Assembly: GCA_002633005.1 (NCBI GenBank)
Contig: NMRA01000075.1
Span: 65,615-129,614 of the forward strand
Direction of reading: 5' to 3'
Length of the DNA stretch: 64,000 nt
Origin: Phoronis australis
Lineage: Eukaryota > Animalia > Phoronida
Shown here: one piece after another, positions 23,675 through 38,600 of the stretch
How positions within the stretch are numbered: the first letter of the stretch is position 1
Layout of the letters: every line of letters starts with the position of its first letter
Translations under genes and position numbers: made by a program
The notes under the pieces: model-generated
The model's input: the letters and a program-made list of their open reading frames with translations, nothing else
What the model was told of the DNA's origin: nothing
Databases searched by the model: none

Positions 23675-26600
23675 AAACCATCGCCAGCAGCAGGATCTTG
23701 TTCTTCCTCCCTCATCTTGCGAGCACGACGTTTCTCGAAGAAGAATATGATTGCACACAGAATGGCCACCTCGGCGCAGATACCCAGGAATGGCCACAAG
23801 GCGGCGTAGCGGTCTGAAACGCATGCAAGCAGATCATGAAATCAAGCAAATATCACTCTGGGCCACACAATAGTAGTATAGTTGAATGACAGCTGGTCAC
23901 TATCACTTAATTTACAGCCAAACAGGAAAAAAACAACAATTTCATTGTGCTACAACATTTCAATGGAGTTACAGGGGCAATGCTTGATACAACCTGTTAC
24001 TATGGCAAGCACAGAAGTTTTCGAAAGAAAGTAGTCAAAACCCTGCTGATGATCATTTGACAAAATTTTGTAACATAACCTTTTAGTCCATTCACAAAGA
24101 TTTACTTCAGAATGTCATATTTATCATATAGTAGACTAAGTTAAATTAATTTCTAAACTTAGATTTCTGAGCAGAAATAATGGTCCAGAAACAACACAAG
24201 GTAAATCATTTATAGCACAATAGTCCTCCTCTGAAAAACCAAAACATGACAATTACGGCAAGTATTTTTGCTCGAGATAACTGACGATCACATTAACTGC
24301 CAGTGACGTACCTTTCACACGCAGGATAATGGTAGCCTCGCCACTGCCAAGATGATTCGACACGTGACAGGTGTACTCGCCTTGGTCAACTTCCTCCAGT
24401 GGCTTAAATATCAGTGTGCTGTTTGTCATAGCGTCAGGGTCGGCTGAAGTGATAAGAGCTAGTTACAGTAATACACTTCACAACATAATTATTATTTTGA
24501 GATGTTTTCCTTATTTTCGCAAGCAACAACAAAATTGAGACAATTTTGGTGAAACTCGTAATTAGCAAACATGCGACTAAACCCAAACACCACTTTGGCG
24601 ATAGGACAGCTGGTGGACAGCATTCTGCATTTTTGCATGGATTGAATGCGCAGGGATATTTCCATCTCCTTTTATAATACACAATTGCCACTGCTGAACA
24701 ATGGGATACTCAAAGGATTCTAAAAATTGTCCATCATTGTCCATTAAAATACCTAAGAATGAAAGAAACTTCATTGAAAAAAGTTTCCTGTTACCACATT
24801 TTTAGCAACCATCATCGATTGAATCAATTCCTTATATTGTTAAGTAATTTTCAAAACTAGCAAACGAGAAGCAAGAAATGAAACTTGAAAATGGTGGGAA
24901 AAATTGTTTTCCACAAGATGGTGCACAACTACTCGGAGTTGAAAGAAAATTAGCAAGTGCTGCCATCTGCAGAATTCAAACACAAGTTTCAGCAAAATTA
25001 TTTGCACTGATTTTGATTAGCAGATGGTGATTGAAAAAGGAATAAAATTGCCACTTGTATGCTCACCGCCTTTGACATGAACATGGGAGATAAATATTAT
25101 TAAAAGCAGATTGGTAGATGAAGACAAATTGTTCGTAGGGAGCACATTGCACGGAGATAACCAAAATATACATCCACGTAACCGTGTATTATGCAGATGC
25201 ATTACAACCACGCTACTCGTAAAAAGATCGGAAACCAACACCACCTTTGAGTAATCACGAAGCAATGATGGTTTGCACCTATTTACATCAAAAAGCCAAA
25301 AGCAGCATAAGTCGTTCTGCTCTGGGAACAACTCATTTCAATACCTGTGCCTCGCTGTTTGAAGGAAAAAAGCATGCAGACACAATTCAGGCTGGCATTC
25401 GGTGACTTTATTTTTGAAAATACGGACAACTAAAAAACCAAGTCAGAAAGACAGACCAGGGCCAATAATGCTATATTCTTTGGCCTAATCTGTGGTTTAA
25501 TCGATGTGCTCATCATTTCCTTTGGCTTAATCTGTGGTTCAATTGATGCTTCATCATCCCTGCTTTACTTCAATTATAGCAACATCTGACACAACTCACC
25601 AACATGGTGAGAGCATGAAAGTGACCGTCACCTGACCCAATTTCAAATTTCCAATTACAAAATAGGTCGAGTTGACAAAGACAATGTACAACTTCATTTA
25701 CTCGCACTAACTTTGCATCCTAAACTCTTTTATGGGAAACACTTGCATATCCTTCAAGGAACAACGTAACTACAGATCTGTATTCCAAAATGGTTGTGCT
25801 CCACTGTAAATCTCGACAAAATACATGGCGCCATCAGACAACAGCACCCATTTCACTAGTCATGCATTAATGAAAACTGGGTATCAACTTAGGTTCACAG
25901 CCTCAAACAATGCGACAACAATCCCGGATTTTGAGATTAAAGCAACTTGGCACCTGTTATTCAGTGCAAGTAAACTGGTCCTCAAAATCTGGGACCCCTG
26001 TAAGCAACCATCAACAGCAATGCCATGAGCGCAGTCTTCCTACTTACTCGATTTCCTTCCGCTGAACTCCACTGGCAAACCATTCGCTGTCCACGCGATC
26101 TGGGGCAATGGGTAACCAAAGGCGGAGCACTTTAGTGTCTTGGGATCACCCTGGATACCCTTGGTCGACTCTGTCTTGAATTCAATGGCACCACCAGGAG
26201 CTTAAGAAAGAAATGGCAAGAGATTGATATTCTGTAAGTACCGTACATACGAAAACGTGAGTTTGTGGAGTTTAAATTCAAGTCAAGAGAAATTTCGGCT
26301 TCACAGCAAGAGTGTAACAGTGATTCACCAACATTGTCAACGTCACTGCAGAAACAGATTCCCATCGAGTGAAGTCTTGTGATTTCGCAAAATAATTTTA
26401 AACATTCGACAAAATGTGAGGCGAAGTCAACTCATACGCATGCAAATCAACTGGCATTGCTATAACAAAACGCAAATTGCAACTATCATGAGAAACGATG
26501 GGAAGTTCCTTTTTGGGCCAGGTATCCATAATCATTTCAGATTTTGAAATATATGGACTAGACAGCTCTAGTTTTCCATTATTCATGGCCAGGGCGTGGC

Positions 26601-29600
26601 CCATGTACTGATCACAGCAGATATTCATTATTATCTACACATGTATCAAATACCAGACATGTGCAATACCATTCTTTGACCGAGGTCATGTGTTTTTTGA
26701 GAAGCACAAGTTAAACAGCACTACAAAACACAAAAGCCCATACTACAGGCCAACACGTAATCTCAGCACAAGTTAAACAGCACTACAAAAGCATAAAATC
26801 CAATACCACACACCAACACGTAATATCACACACCAACACGTAATATTACACACCAACAAGTAATCTCAGCAATATCACGTGCATACATGAACAATGAACT
26901 AAATTTTATTTGAAGCAGAACAAGCAGCCGATTTTCAGTGGACAAAGTCTGAGTGAATAGATTTGTGATACTTTGTTACATATTTGAAGTGTTTTATTCC
27001 TCGAGATGTCCAATCTGCGTTGCCTAAATTTTATTCTGGAAGCCCACGGAAACTGGGTGACCCAGAAACAGGACCCCTATTTCATGACAACATCTTTGTT
27101 TTGCATAAAATTTCATTCAAACATTTCAAAGTAAATGAGAGGAGCACTTCGTAAAGTTTTAAGCAAAGCAAGACTGACAAAACGATGAAATAATCAACAA
27201 AGCCTTTATCGTACATACGCACCTTGTGCTTTTGTATTACAAAACTTTGTCGATATTCCACCAACGTAGTCCTTCAGCAGTACTAGTAGCAACACCTTTC
27301 AGTCATCGCAGTAACCACTTTGACTTAACAACACATCCAAAACACCAAACGCAGGAAATTTTAACAATTCTCGTACGCGTCGACAATCTTCGATTTTATA
27401 TGACTATGTCAGTTCCTACCCTGCTCGTTTCTGACATCGTTTCGACAAAATGGCCACCACATTTCGACAGACGCAGATTACTTACTGTTAATATTGACGG
27501 AGTAGTTGATGGCGCGTGCCCCAGCGTCTGGCACAATCTCACACAAGTATTCTCCAACGTGGTCATATTTTTCTGTAAACAAGCGTAAAGCACAAAACTT
27601 TAGCACCATAACAATTCTCCCTACCAATCGTTCGCGAGGCTCAAAGTTACTGAGATGACCAATTTCAGTAAAGTTCTTCAGGGTAGAACAACATTAGTTT
27701 CAAAATTGTCATTTTCCATTTATAAAAAAGCTCACTGCATTTTTAATAATTGTTCAAATTCCAGAATTAGCTGAAGACAGGTAATGTATATGTAAACGTA
27801 TAGTTCACACATATCGCCATCTGTTGGAGTGTACAAAAGTCCACTTCTCTTGACCTCAGCACTCGATTTTGCCAACCAAATTTTAACTCTACCAGAAACT
27901 GTCACTCCAGCAGGAAATATATGGTAGAGGTATGTATTTTACGGTCACGCTGATCAAGAAGTCCTATCACTTACTGTGGTCAATACCACTGACGTTCAAA
28001 GAGTCGTCCATATCAGATATGACAATCTTCTCCCCCTCCTTGACTTTGGTGTAGTTATCTCCCATCCTCCTGAAAACCACAACATCAACTGCAATTCCAT
28101 CCCGTTTTAGCATGAATCCACAAACACCACGACAAAAAAATCTTAGAGATTCAATTTCCTTTGCTTCTAAGTGTCATAGATAAAACAGAAAACATCTCGT
28201 CAAAGTAACGTTTGCGTATTGATGGGAGACTTTTGAGAAGCAACGTGGACAATGATCACATGCCACCCGCTGCGAAGAAGTAGCTCATTATACAGCCAGG
28301 TGGCGCTAAGAGTTCCTGGTCCCACATGATCAGTGCCCACTAATGCTTCCTGAAAGTCTCCCAGTGGAAATGCAACAACTTCCATCCATTTATCTTCTGT
28401 GCTTTATCACACTCGCGCAAACTCGCAAAATGGCCGCTACCCAAACAATTGGTCAGCAAGGCGCCAACGTTTAAGTATTGGAGAAAGTTGAAACTAAACA
28501 CACTATTTCCATTCCATGCATCAAAATTTCATGCCAAGAGGGTCTTACGAAGGTCTAGCATGATGGAATTCAACCCAGGTGAAGAATTTTTTCTAAAACA
28601 TGGCCGAGGTATCCCCTGGCTAGACTGTGACCTACTTAAACCACTTGATTCTCTTGGGCTGCTCGTTGGAGTAGTTAGTGTTGTTAGGACTATTCTCAGT
28701 GGTGCAGCGAATCTCAGCTTGTGTGACATTTTCGTTAACCACAGCGTCTTCGCGGATCACTGCGAGTAGAGAGAGTAACAGCTCATTAAACGCTAGCAAT
28801 GATGGAAAAGTGAGTGCTCAAAATAAAATCTGAAATTAACATCATTAAAAAGTACTCTTCCTTGAGTAGACTTAATTAGTTACTGGCATGAAAACAGTAA
28901 CGTTAGTCCGTTATTCTGCAGTTAAGTTTATGAACTGACGATATATATGTGTCAAATTTGAGCACCAGAAAACAGAGTGCCATATCCTGGTTAACTGCTG
29001 CTTTCACCAATTTTTCCATCCACCTGAACTTTTTACACAAGTTTGAGCACAGTTCAAAACACATAGCCAGCATTGATTGCATTAATCTGAGTACTTTATT
29101 GCCAGTGGACAGAAATTCTGAAGAACTTTTGCACCTTGACAACGACGTTGACAAAAACCAATATTTCCAGAAAGATGTCGACTGGCTTGTCAAAAGCTTG
29201 CAACCATGGAATTGATATAATTTTCAGGATTGTCACAAACACATTCTTCCAGCCGAGAACCATCTATTCTCAACTCAAGTTGGACAGAATTGTAAGAATG
29301 CCGATGTCGGATGTTGTCGGCAAAAATTCGGTCCACCGATCATAACACGGAAATTCGTTGACTAGCCCCGCAGTATCACCACCATCCGGAACTGGATTAT
29401 CTGTCGTATCTGCATCTGAGTCAACGTCAATATCCGAAATATCTCTCGGTTTTCAAAATAATCCTTTGCAGTCCTACGCTTTCCCGGGGCAGACGACATT
29501 ACTAAGTATGTAGAATGCACATGTCAATTGGTAACGGAAGCCAGGATAGAGTTCAATAACGAAAGGACCATGCAAGGAAAACAAGACTCTGCAAGATTAC

Positions 29601-32600
29601 CATATATTTCCAATGAGAGCACGTGATGTGATTTTGGCTACAACTTCTCATAGTGAGACATATAATTTGAACTTTACCCAGTGAAGTCACTAGCTGTCCC
29701 AAATCTCTGATTACTCCCCCAAAACGGCAAACGTCATGCACACCTGCTACCTAAGTTGTTGCAAACTGTTTGGCAGATTTCCAGAGGGAGTACGAGCCAC
29801 AGCTTTAATGCGTATGCTGCCAACAAAACTCCTTATAAGGAAATGAGATGAATTCCGTCCTCTCGATGGGCCGGTGGAATCAAAAGTTACCAATAATATT
29901 CATCTAAATTAGAAATACCCAAACAACAATCAATGACAGTCATCAAAAGCGTTTGCATGCAACGTTTTGAGACTGATGCCAGTAAGTCAGACCAGTGTTG
30001 TGGGGCCCACGGAATATTGAAAAATGCGCTACGAAAATAAAATTATGGCCACCCAAAAGGCGGCCATTGTAAAACCTCCTGCGCAACAGTGCTTCTGCTG
30101 ACTAGTTAGACTTCCCAGCACTAACCACTGAGTCTAAATAAGTTTCAATGGGTTATGTGATCTGTTGTCCGCCAACACAAAAGGTGACTGCAAAAGCGAT
30201 TATGCCTCACATAACCATCAGCGACTTTCGTTCTGGACTACACCTCCATTGAGCAGGTAGTGGACTAGGCTTATAGGTGGCACTGGGCCTTTGTTTAAAT
30301 TCAAATGACTATGACTAGTTGTCCTAGAGGAATTGAAGAGATGATTGAGAGATTATTTACAAGCCACATTACACCATAAATAGACTAACGGCCCCGCCTG
30401 CCACTTGAGTGAGATTGGTGGTTAGGCTTTCAGCAACTGACAATGGAGCCTTATTCAGTTTCAAAGGGCTATGGCCAGTTGCTGTCAAGCGTAATTTGAA
30501 CCAGTGAAGACCTTACTACCGAAGATGATGCCTTTTTACAAACTGGTCCCTGTTTTTTAAACCGGTCGCGAAACTTTTAAACCAGTCGCCAAATTTTTAC
30601 ACAGGACGAGGGACATTTAAACAGGACGCGTGTTCGGCAAAACAGCACGCTGCAACACCTTAAAAGTGGTTGTGGAGAACACGGATACGGTATGCGATAT
30701 TCTCATAAACACAGGGGTTCCTTCTACACTTGAATCCTCTTGACGTCACAAATCCTTAACACTAGCCATCATGCTTACAAACACCACGACAAAGTATACT
30801 CACCCCTGTAAACATACAGCGTGAGCTCACTGTGTACCAATGTGTCACCAACCTCCATGCACTTGTAAGTGCCAGCGTCGCCGAAGTTCACCGATGAAAT
30901 GCTCAAATCGTGCTGTTCAACACTAAAGAGAATGGCGGAAAAAACATTAGCAGGACAAAAACTCAGCTAATGCATTATTAGGTGTGTTGAGTACAACATA
31001 CCGGGTGGACCAAAGAACACAGTCCACATGATAAGGCTAAAGAAGCACCGACGACTTTGTTCTGTACCCAAACTCACTTTGAGAACTGCGTTCACCAACG
31101 CTAACGGTAGGCATATTTTAAAATCTGCAGGATTGTTCTAAAATACGCAATATATTTTGACGTAAAACTTTGAATATTTTGACATGACCTTATATTTTGG
31201 GATCGTGATTTCACTTAAATGACTACCACTTAACAAGATATTGGGTAACTTTGTTGGTAACGAGCTACATATTACATACTTTGAAAACAGTCTAAAGTGA
31301 ATAATTAATAATTATTTGCTTTAATCCTACATCACATGTTTAACACAGTTTCCGAAAATATACCCAGGCATATATTCGGTTTCATTTCAAGTCGTTTCCA
31401 AACATCCACCCCTGCGCCTACTTTAAAAAATTCCCAGCAAAAGGAAGACATATTTCGGTGCAACAACCAGACAACAGAATCTCACAACCACCACCCAACG
31501 ATGAACAATATCACAAACTGCCCGTGCGTACCCTGAGGGTAAAAAGCTGTTCCCCGTCTTGATCCGTGGATCAGCAGAGTTGACCTGCAGGCGCTTGTCT
31601 CCCAGCCACACCCCCAGGGTGGGGATGCTCTTGGTTGTGGGGTTGCTGCATCGTATGTGTATATCTTCTCCTTCTTCAATATAATACTTTGTTCCACTTA
31701 TTTGTGGTTTCACCAGCTTCATCTCCATGCCATCGGCTGCAACAGTGTAGACAAGTGACTGCGAATTAATACATTTACAGTAAGGTAATTCTTAGTATCA
31801 TGCAAGACTCAACATAGGTGGCTGGGGGGCTATAGCCCACCCATTTTTTTCAGTGCTGCGCCGCCCATGGTCTATGGGCAGTGCATCAAAGTGGGGGCTG
31901 GAAGGCTATAGCCAACTCACTTTTTTCAGTGCTGCGCCCCCCATGAGTATGGTAAACAAATCAATCTCAGGGTCAATATGGTGGGTGAGTGGTATTTTAT
32001 ATCACCAAATTTCTCTACAAAATGATTTTATGGCACCATTCTCCCTTTGTTTCAGCATAAACTGTGTGGTACTAAACAATTGTTATTACTGGCATGAAAC
32101 TTGGACATAAGCGCCTACTGCTTGGGTAATCGCCCAGCCCCCTGTCAAAGGTTTTCCCAATTTAAGCACCCAAGGCATTAACCCACGAGTTTACAGTACT
32201 TCTAGTCTCTGACTGGTTACAATGCGGTAGGATGACTTCCGATTTATGGTACTACAGACCAAGCATTCAAACAGGTCATAGATTTGGGAGAACAGCAATG
32301 CTCACCCTTGGTCCACCTTATTAGATCACCTTAACAATATGTGTTTACAATTTGGAGCCAGTTAGCAGCAATGTTAGAAGTCTTCGTAATAAAAAAGGCG
32401 ATTTTACCAATTATTTTCTTCAGGAAGCCACAAAAGCTTAACACCCAACTTGTGATTCCTGCCCATGAGGCAAGTTAGCATTCAAAATTAGTTGTCCCAC
32501 GAACGGAACGGAGCTCAGGACAGTGAAAACTTTGATGAAGTTTGGTACTTGTATCAAATTTTAGAAACGGGCAATATTCACCTTCCCAAATTCAAGACTT

Positions 32601-35600
32601 AATCAATGACAAACGATCATTCACCTCAATGTTACACATTGAGAACGCATGCAAACGTTACCTTGGCAGCCATTTTTGACAACTTTAAGACCAGCCAACT
32701 CTATCTTCAAACTCTGGTACGAAACACAGTGTAACAATTTGAGAAGTACGATGAATGCTAAATGCGTTTAAGAATCAAGAAAATTCAATTTCTGCTTGAA
32801 TTTGAGTGTCCAAATCTTACAGACTGTACTAAACTGTAGACCTTTTATCGTAGTTCTGTATGTTTCTGCATGCAGATACAAAGGTCAAAGCCTTTCTGAT
32901 TCAGTTTGTACTTGATAGGAAATAGGGCTGGGAAGACCTTTAATACCACTTCAGCAGCTTAGACCAGCAGTGCAGTACTTCATAAAGAGCTGTTGGTCCA
33001 GTATCATTTTTGTTGCTTCTACTCGGATCTAACACAGGTGTTATCTACTTACTCCTCAGGCTTTATGTTCACCATTTAAATTGGCAAACATATGGCTGGG
33101 GCGTATTCAATAAGTACAGCAGCACGATGTGAAACTGGTGAAAATTCTGGGAGCAGATCTTAACCAAAAATGGGTGCTACCCCCCCCCCCCNCCCCCCCC
33201 CCCCCCAGCCCATTTCACTTCAAAACAGACAAGGAAATATGTTATGTTGACCAGATATGAGGAATTTCCCAGTCTTGTCGAACATTACTTTTGATGGGAG
33301 ACTTCTAATCACCACTAGATAGCGCTACATGTATTATCTCAATGGAAAAACTACATTTCCTAAGCGCACGGCCACAAAAGTGATCGGTCAACATGGGTTT
33401 AATGGGATGGAATTCACCGTTTCTACATAAGCGAAGACTCCTGTGCCCACTAGTGTCTCTAATGTAGAAGGAAGGTACTGCAGATCATTTGCAGCCCAAG
33501 ACTCAACCAATCAATAACCTACAATACTAACAGAGGTTTGACCTACACTTAACAGTGGGAACAGTCAGACACTGCTAATTTTGTAGCAGTTATGTAATAA
33601 CACTGGAACCAAGAATAGCATCAATGCTTTACAAGTTACACAAATGGTACAAAAGTGCAATGCTTCTTCACAAAGTCTACAACATAGACAACTTCTTAAA
33701 TGCTTTCAGCACATATTCTCAGGTACTGTAAACATCTCCATAGAGATTTTAAACACAAAATTAGCCTTAAACCCAGGCACCTTGGACCATCCCTAAATGA
33801 ACAACATGTATAGCTAACCTCATACCTCTTGAGCTAGATCACTCTAGCATTTTAGGCAAGCGTGCGTCCTAAAGTGAAATATCCCATAGGAGGAGTCAGT
33901 AGGCAACTACCGTCAACTCAAGTTAGAATCGTAAACTGCACAGAGTAGGATTTTCGGGTGCCTGCCTTTCACACTACCCATTAGCGTGAATTTTCAATCA
34001 GTCGATCAGCGACACCCCATTACCAATGACTAGGAAAAGAACTGCCATGGGTAAGCAATATACATGTTTGGCTAGCAGCTAAGCCTGGTATTCTGGTATT
34101 CGACATCTGGTGACACAAGGCATGGCTAACCCCTGCAATTAATGTTGAGACAAACAATCAGTATATGTGTCAGCTCCAGAGCTCCTGTTCGAGACATGGG
34201 TTCAAATCAAAGTTCAGTCTAAGTAGTAGATGTACTCAAGGGAGTGAAAGAGAACTTGGATATTATAGGAAAGATCTTTTCCAGATTCTGTACATATTAT
34301 AAAATACCAAGTGACATGGATGGGTATTAGCACCTGCAAACTGTGCTTATCTCCTCTTATGAATGCACACACATGCACACAGGTAAATTTATGTGAATGC
34401 TCAATACCTGAGATTTCACATCATGGGGTGATTATATAGCCTCTACTGTAGGTCAAGACAATATCACCAGCTTCTACCTAGCATATATTTAGCTCATTTA
34501 GGACTGGATTGTAAATCTGCACGATCAATTAACATTTGATCTAGAGTGTAGGCACCTATGGTTAAGTGTTTGAATAAAAAGAAACCTTAAGTAACTATAT
34601 TTAAACTTCTCACCCAAAGCAGAGGTTTATGCCAAGTGCCCACATACCCCCACATGGTTAAAGCTATAGCAAAATACCTAACCTACATGGTTAACAGACT
34701 CAAAAACACGGTCACGGATGCATGAACACGACTGATGGACCTGCAAACACGGTCCACTGACTCCCAAACACGGGATCAGACTCACAAAAAAGATCCAATC
34801 ACCCAAATACACGGGACACGGACTCATCGGCTTCCTGGGTCAGCTGACATCTACGTTTTGATCGTGTTTAAAATGAGTCTGTTAACCGTGTAGTTTAGGT
34901 ACCTTGTATAGGACGTAAGGCCACCAAGGTGTCTGACCTCCAAACAACATAGCTCAGTGGCTTAAAGTGCCATGGAACCCTACACAGTAATTCTATTTAG
35001 CACACAACATGACAGAGGAGTGAAAATTTTTTCATAAAAATGAATTAACATTACCAGCATCTGCATGGTTTGTAGGGTGTCAATCTGGTAAAGTATTACT
35101 CAAGTCCCGTCCACACACAGCCTACGTACCCTACAAACAACTTGTACAAGTGCAATATTGTAACCATTTGCACTAACAGAGAACGGCAGCTGTGGTGCAC
35201 TTTCGACACCTTTGTCAAGAACAGTGAACACTATTAATAAAAATGACACGATGATGTGTTGATGTGTATGGGGCCTGCTGCTGATGCTCAACTAAAAGTG
35301 CCAGAAATAAAGGGCACTAACTCTTTTTTCAGCTATGTAGCAAACAATTTCAGACATGTGAAATCATAAATTGTCAAATTTTTTAACAGGGATGTTCAGA
35401 AAATTTTAGTCAGTGGTTAGCTTACTTTGTAGCATTCAGCTGTCATAATTCTAAAATTTCTTTAACTTGCAGCAAAGACTTTGAAAACTAGAAAAATGAC
35501 AGTTCGAACAAATATTTGTAGAGCTCTGCATTTATACCAGCTAACATGGAACAGCTGATCGGGTGCAAGTATGTGTGCAAACACCACTGACATGGAGCAA

Positions 35601-38600
35601 GTTGACACAGCGGTGGCTAATTTTGACACGGGTTGGAGAGGTAGAAAAAGATCTACTCATTGCGTTGCTCCAGTGTCAAATACTAGAACATTTCTAAACA
35701 CAAACTGGAGCAAAGCAGAATGGGTCATCTCTGTCACACTTGCACAATATAATATACAGGAGACACACTGGCATTCCAGGTGATTTGGATGTTCGTTTGC
35801 TATTGTTTAGATCATCATGCAAAGACTGTCATGGTAAACCAGTTTGCAATCTAATGTTGTATACTTGCGATTAAAATGGAGCAACTCGCCCTGTGACAAT
35901 TCGATGAATTTGCGCCACGACAACTAGCGCCTTGACAATTTTTACTCATGTAAAAATGGCGTTTGTGAGAAATAAGTGAAAAATTTCCATAAGTTTAGTC
36001 ACAGTTATCATTACTCATTCAAAAAGAAAATTTGTATACCAGTGTATAAAAGCAAAATTGTAATTTTTCCATTTTCAAAGGCTGATAAACCTTAATTGCA
36101 AATAATGGGAACTTTATCAAACAACATTTTACACACTACAAAGCTTATGAAGGGAAATTTACTGGTATTTACTACAACTTCTGTCGAGAAATTAAACAAC
36201 AACACATGTTAATTCCCCACCACACTGTGTGCTCAATATAGGATGACCCACAACAACAGCACAACACATGAACACTGTATACTAAAAATATAGTGGAATG
36301 ACCTCTGCTGACCCCACTGGTTAGAATTGGTTTGCATTGAAAATAACACCGGTGTGAACCCAGATATCGACTCGATAGATAAATTCCCCACAAGCACCAT
36401 CAGGTTTCATGGCGTAAGCAATAGACCTTATGAATATTGAAACACTCGGTAAGAGGTTTAAGAAAGCATACCACGTTGATGGGATTACAGTGAAATACAG
36501 ACTAAGTGCAGTCCACACTGGGAGTTCTTAGAACTTTACTAGTATCCTAAAACAAATCACTCCAGTCCTAGAACTACCTTGGTTGTCACTGCAACCATGG
36601 GAGCTATTTGTGCTGGGGTAACTTAACACACCTGTGACTATTTAGCCCCACCTTATTGAGGAAGGGTAACATGTTCTATGGTAACGTGCCCTCTCGCAAC
36701 TTGTAGTTTAGACACAAAATGGTTCATTTGCTCAGTTATGAACTTAATTGTGCCTTATTATTTTGCGCCATAATGGCCACACGGCGTAGGGTGTGTGGTG
36801 TGGACGATCGCCTGACCGAGGACAAGTTTCTCCAGGGCAAGCTGCACCATTGTTCTAGGGTAACTAGTAGTGTGGACATGACTTAAGTCCCATCCACATA
36901 ACGAGTTACCCGTGAGGTAGCAAGTTATTTCTGAAACGAGTTGTCTTTAAGCTTAGCAGTAGTGTGGATGTTACTTGTGGTAACTTACACCCCCTCCCCC
37001 CCACCAAGGCAGAGTAGAGCAAATTGTTCCAAGGTAACTTACACCCCCTCCCGCCACCAAGGCAGAGTAGAGCAAATTGTTCCAGGGTATTTGGACAGTT
37101 TCATCATGTAGCTTTTAAGCATTTAAATCAATGTTTTGTAGTAATTCATATACCGCAAATCCACCACACCTCATTCACTTACTACAGTTGTACAGAATTT
37201 GTTAAATGCATGACACTTTTCATTGTTCACAGTCTTTATTCCGTNTAACTGACCTAGCGACATAATTAAAAGACACACGATATTTCGAAACATACTTGTT
37301 TCATTCTCAAGTGAAGATAAAATGACGCAGTAATGCCACCACAGAGTATAAGCTGACGACACACACAGTGAGACACGGCGGGTGTGAAATACTGCAAAGA
37401 ATGACTAAAGAATTGGGGTAACAGGAAGGTCACGCAAACAAGTGTAATGTGCGGCGCGACCCCGTTTGCTGCTCATTCAAAATAGGCTTCTCAAAAGCAA
37501 TTAAAAGGGACTCAAACGCAGCACATCAATTCGCTACGTGGAGCAAGATGTGCTGCGTTTGAAAGTATGTTTCGAAATATCGTGTGTCTTTTAATTATGT
37601 CGCTAGGTCAGTTACTGTATCTATGTTCAGTTGAGAGTAGAGTTTTGTTCCGAAAGTATGAACGCAACGGAATAAAGACTGTGAACAATGAAAAGTGTCG
37701 TGCATTTAACAAATTCTGTATAACCGAAAACTTGCTCCCAATGTAAAGTCAGTTCAAGTTACTACAGTTGTGTATACAGACTAGTGCCTTCATGTCCAAC
37801 AATATTATTCTCTTCTTAATACACAAATATTTTTGCTCCACACTACTAGTGCATGAACTTTTTCTACTGGCATTCTACAACCCCAAGTAGAGGCAACTTA
37901 GAAGGCTTGACAGGAAAATTGCAAAATACACCATCGTTTTGCACATGCGCACATAGATAACTTCTGTCTTATCGCAAGCTGCAACACCTAAGCGTACTAC
38001 ATTCTCAGCCACTCACACATTGGCACATGTCGGATATAGTGGTCCTTGATTCATAGAACCAGGTTTTCTATGCTGATTAGTGGGCCTGGCCTCAATGCTT
38101 ACCTCGTTCTTAAATCAGGGACTGCTATATCCGACCAGGGCACTGGTCGGATATAGCGCACACATATTTAGGGAACCCATTTAACCCACTGATTAACATG
38201 TCCTTTATTCAGTGATTGCCTTGTTCTGCCTCTGACCACTGCCCCCACTCAAGCTGTCAACAATATAACGGAGTGCCATTGACAATGACAGCTAATGCAA
38301 GTGAAATAATGAACTGCATGGAAGATTTTCGGTAATAGTCAGATGGGTGGGTCCTTGATTTGAAATTGATTACGAGAACCAATTGTCGCCACATGGGAGT
38401 TACTGGTTATCAAATTAGGGACCCATGTATCTGACTATTTCCAATTTTTCTGTAAACGGGTCTTACAAAGACATGGGTCTTGGTAAAAGTGAATTTAACG
38501 GGTGCTCTCTTCAAAACGGCTACCGGGAACCAGTTTCACTGAATAACGGACATTGCCGGTATTCAGTGAAAAGTGATTTCTGGGGGCTATTTTGAAGAGG

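Noticed and set aside
28900-29450. Coding-looking minus-strand stretch (RDISDIDVDSDAD..., FDKPVDIFLEIL)
   Set aside because: Broken by stops and frameshifts. Possibly a decayed transposase fragment, but no diagnostic motif is visible.
32660-32677. ATG GCT GCC AAG|GTAACG as an alternative basigin first exon
   Set aside because: AAAATGGC-type motifs are common in local repeats, and the product would lack a signal peptide.
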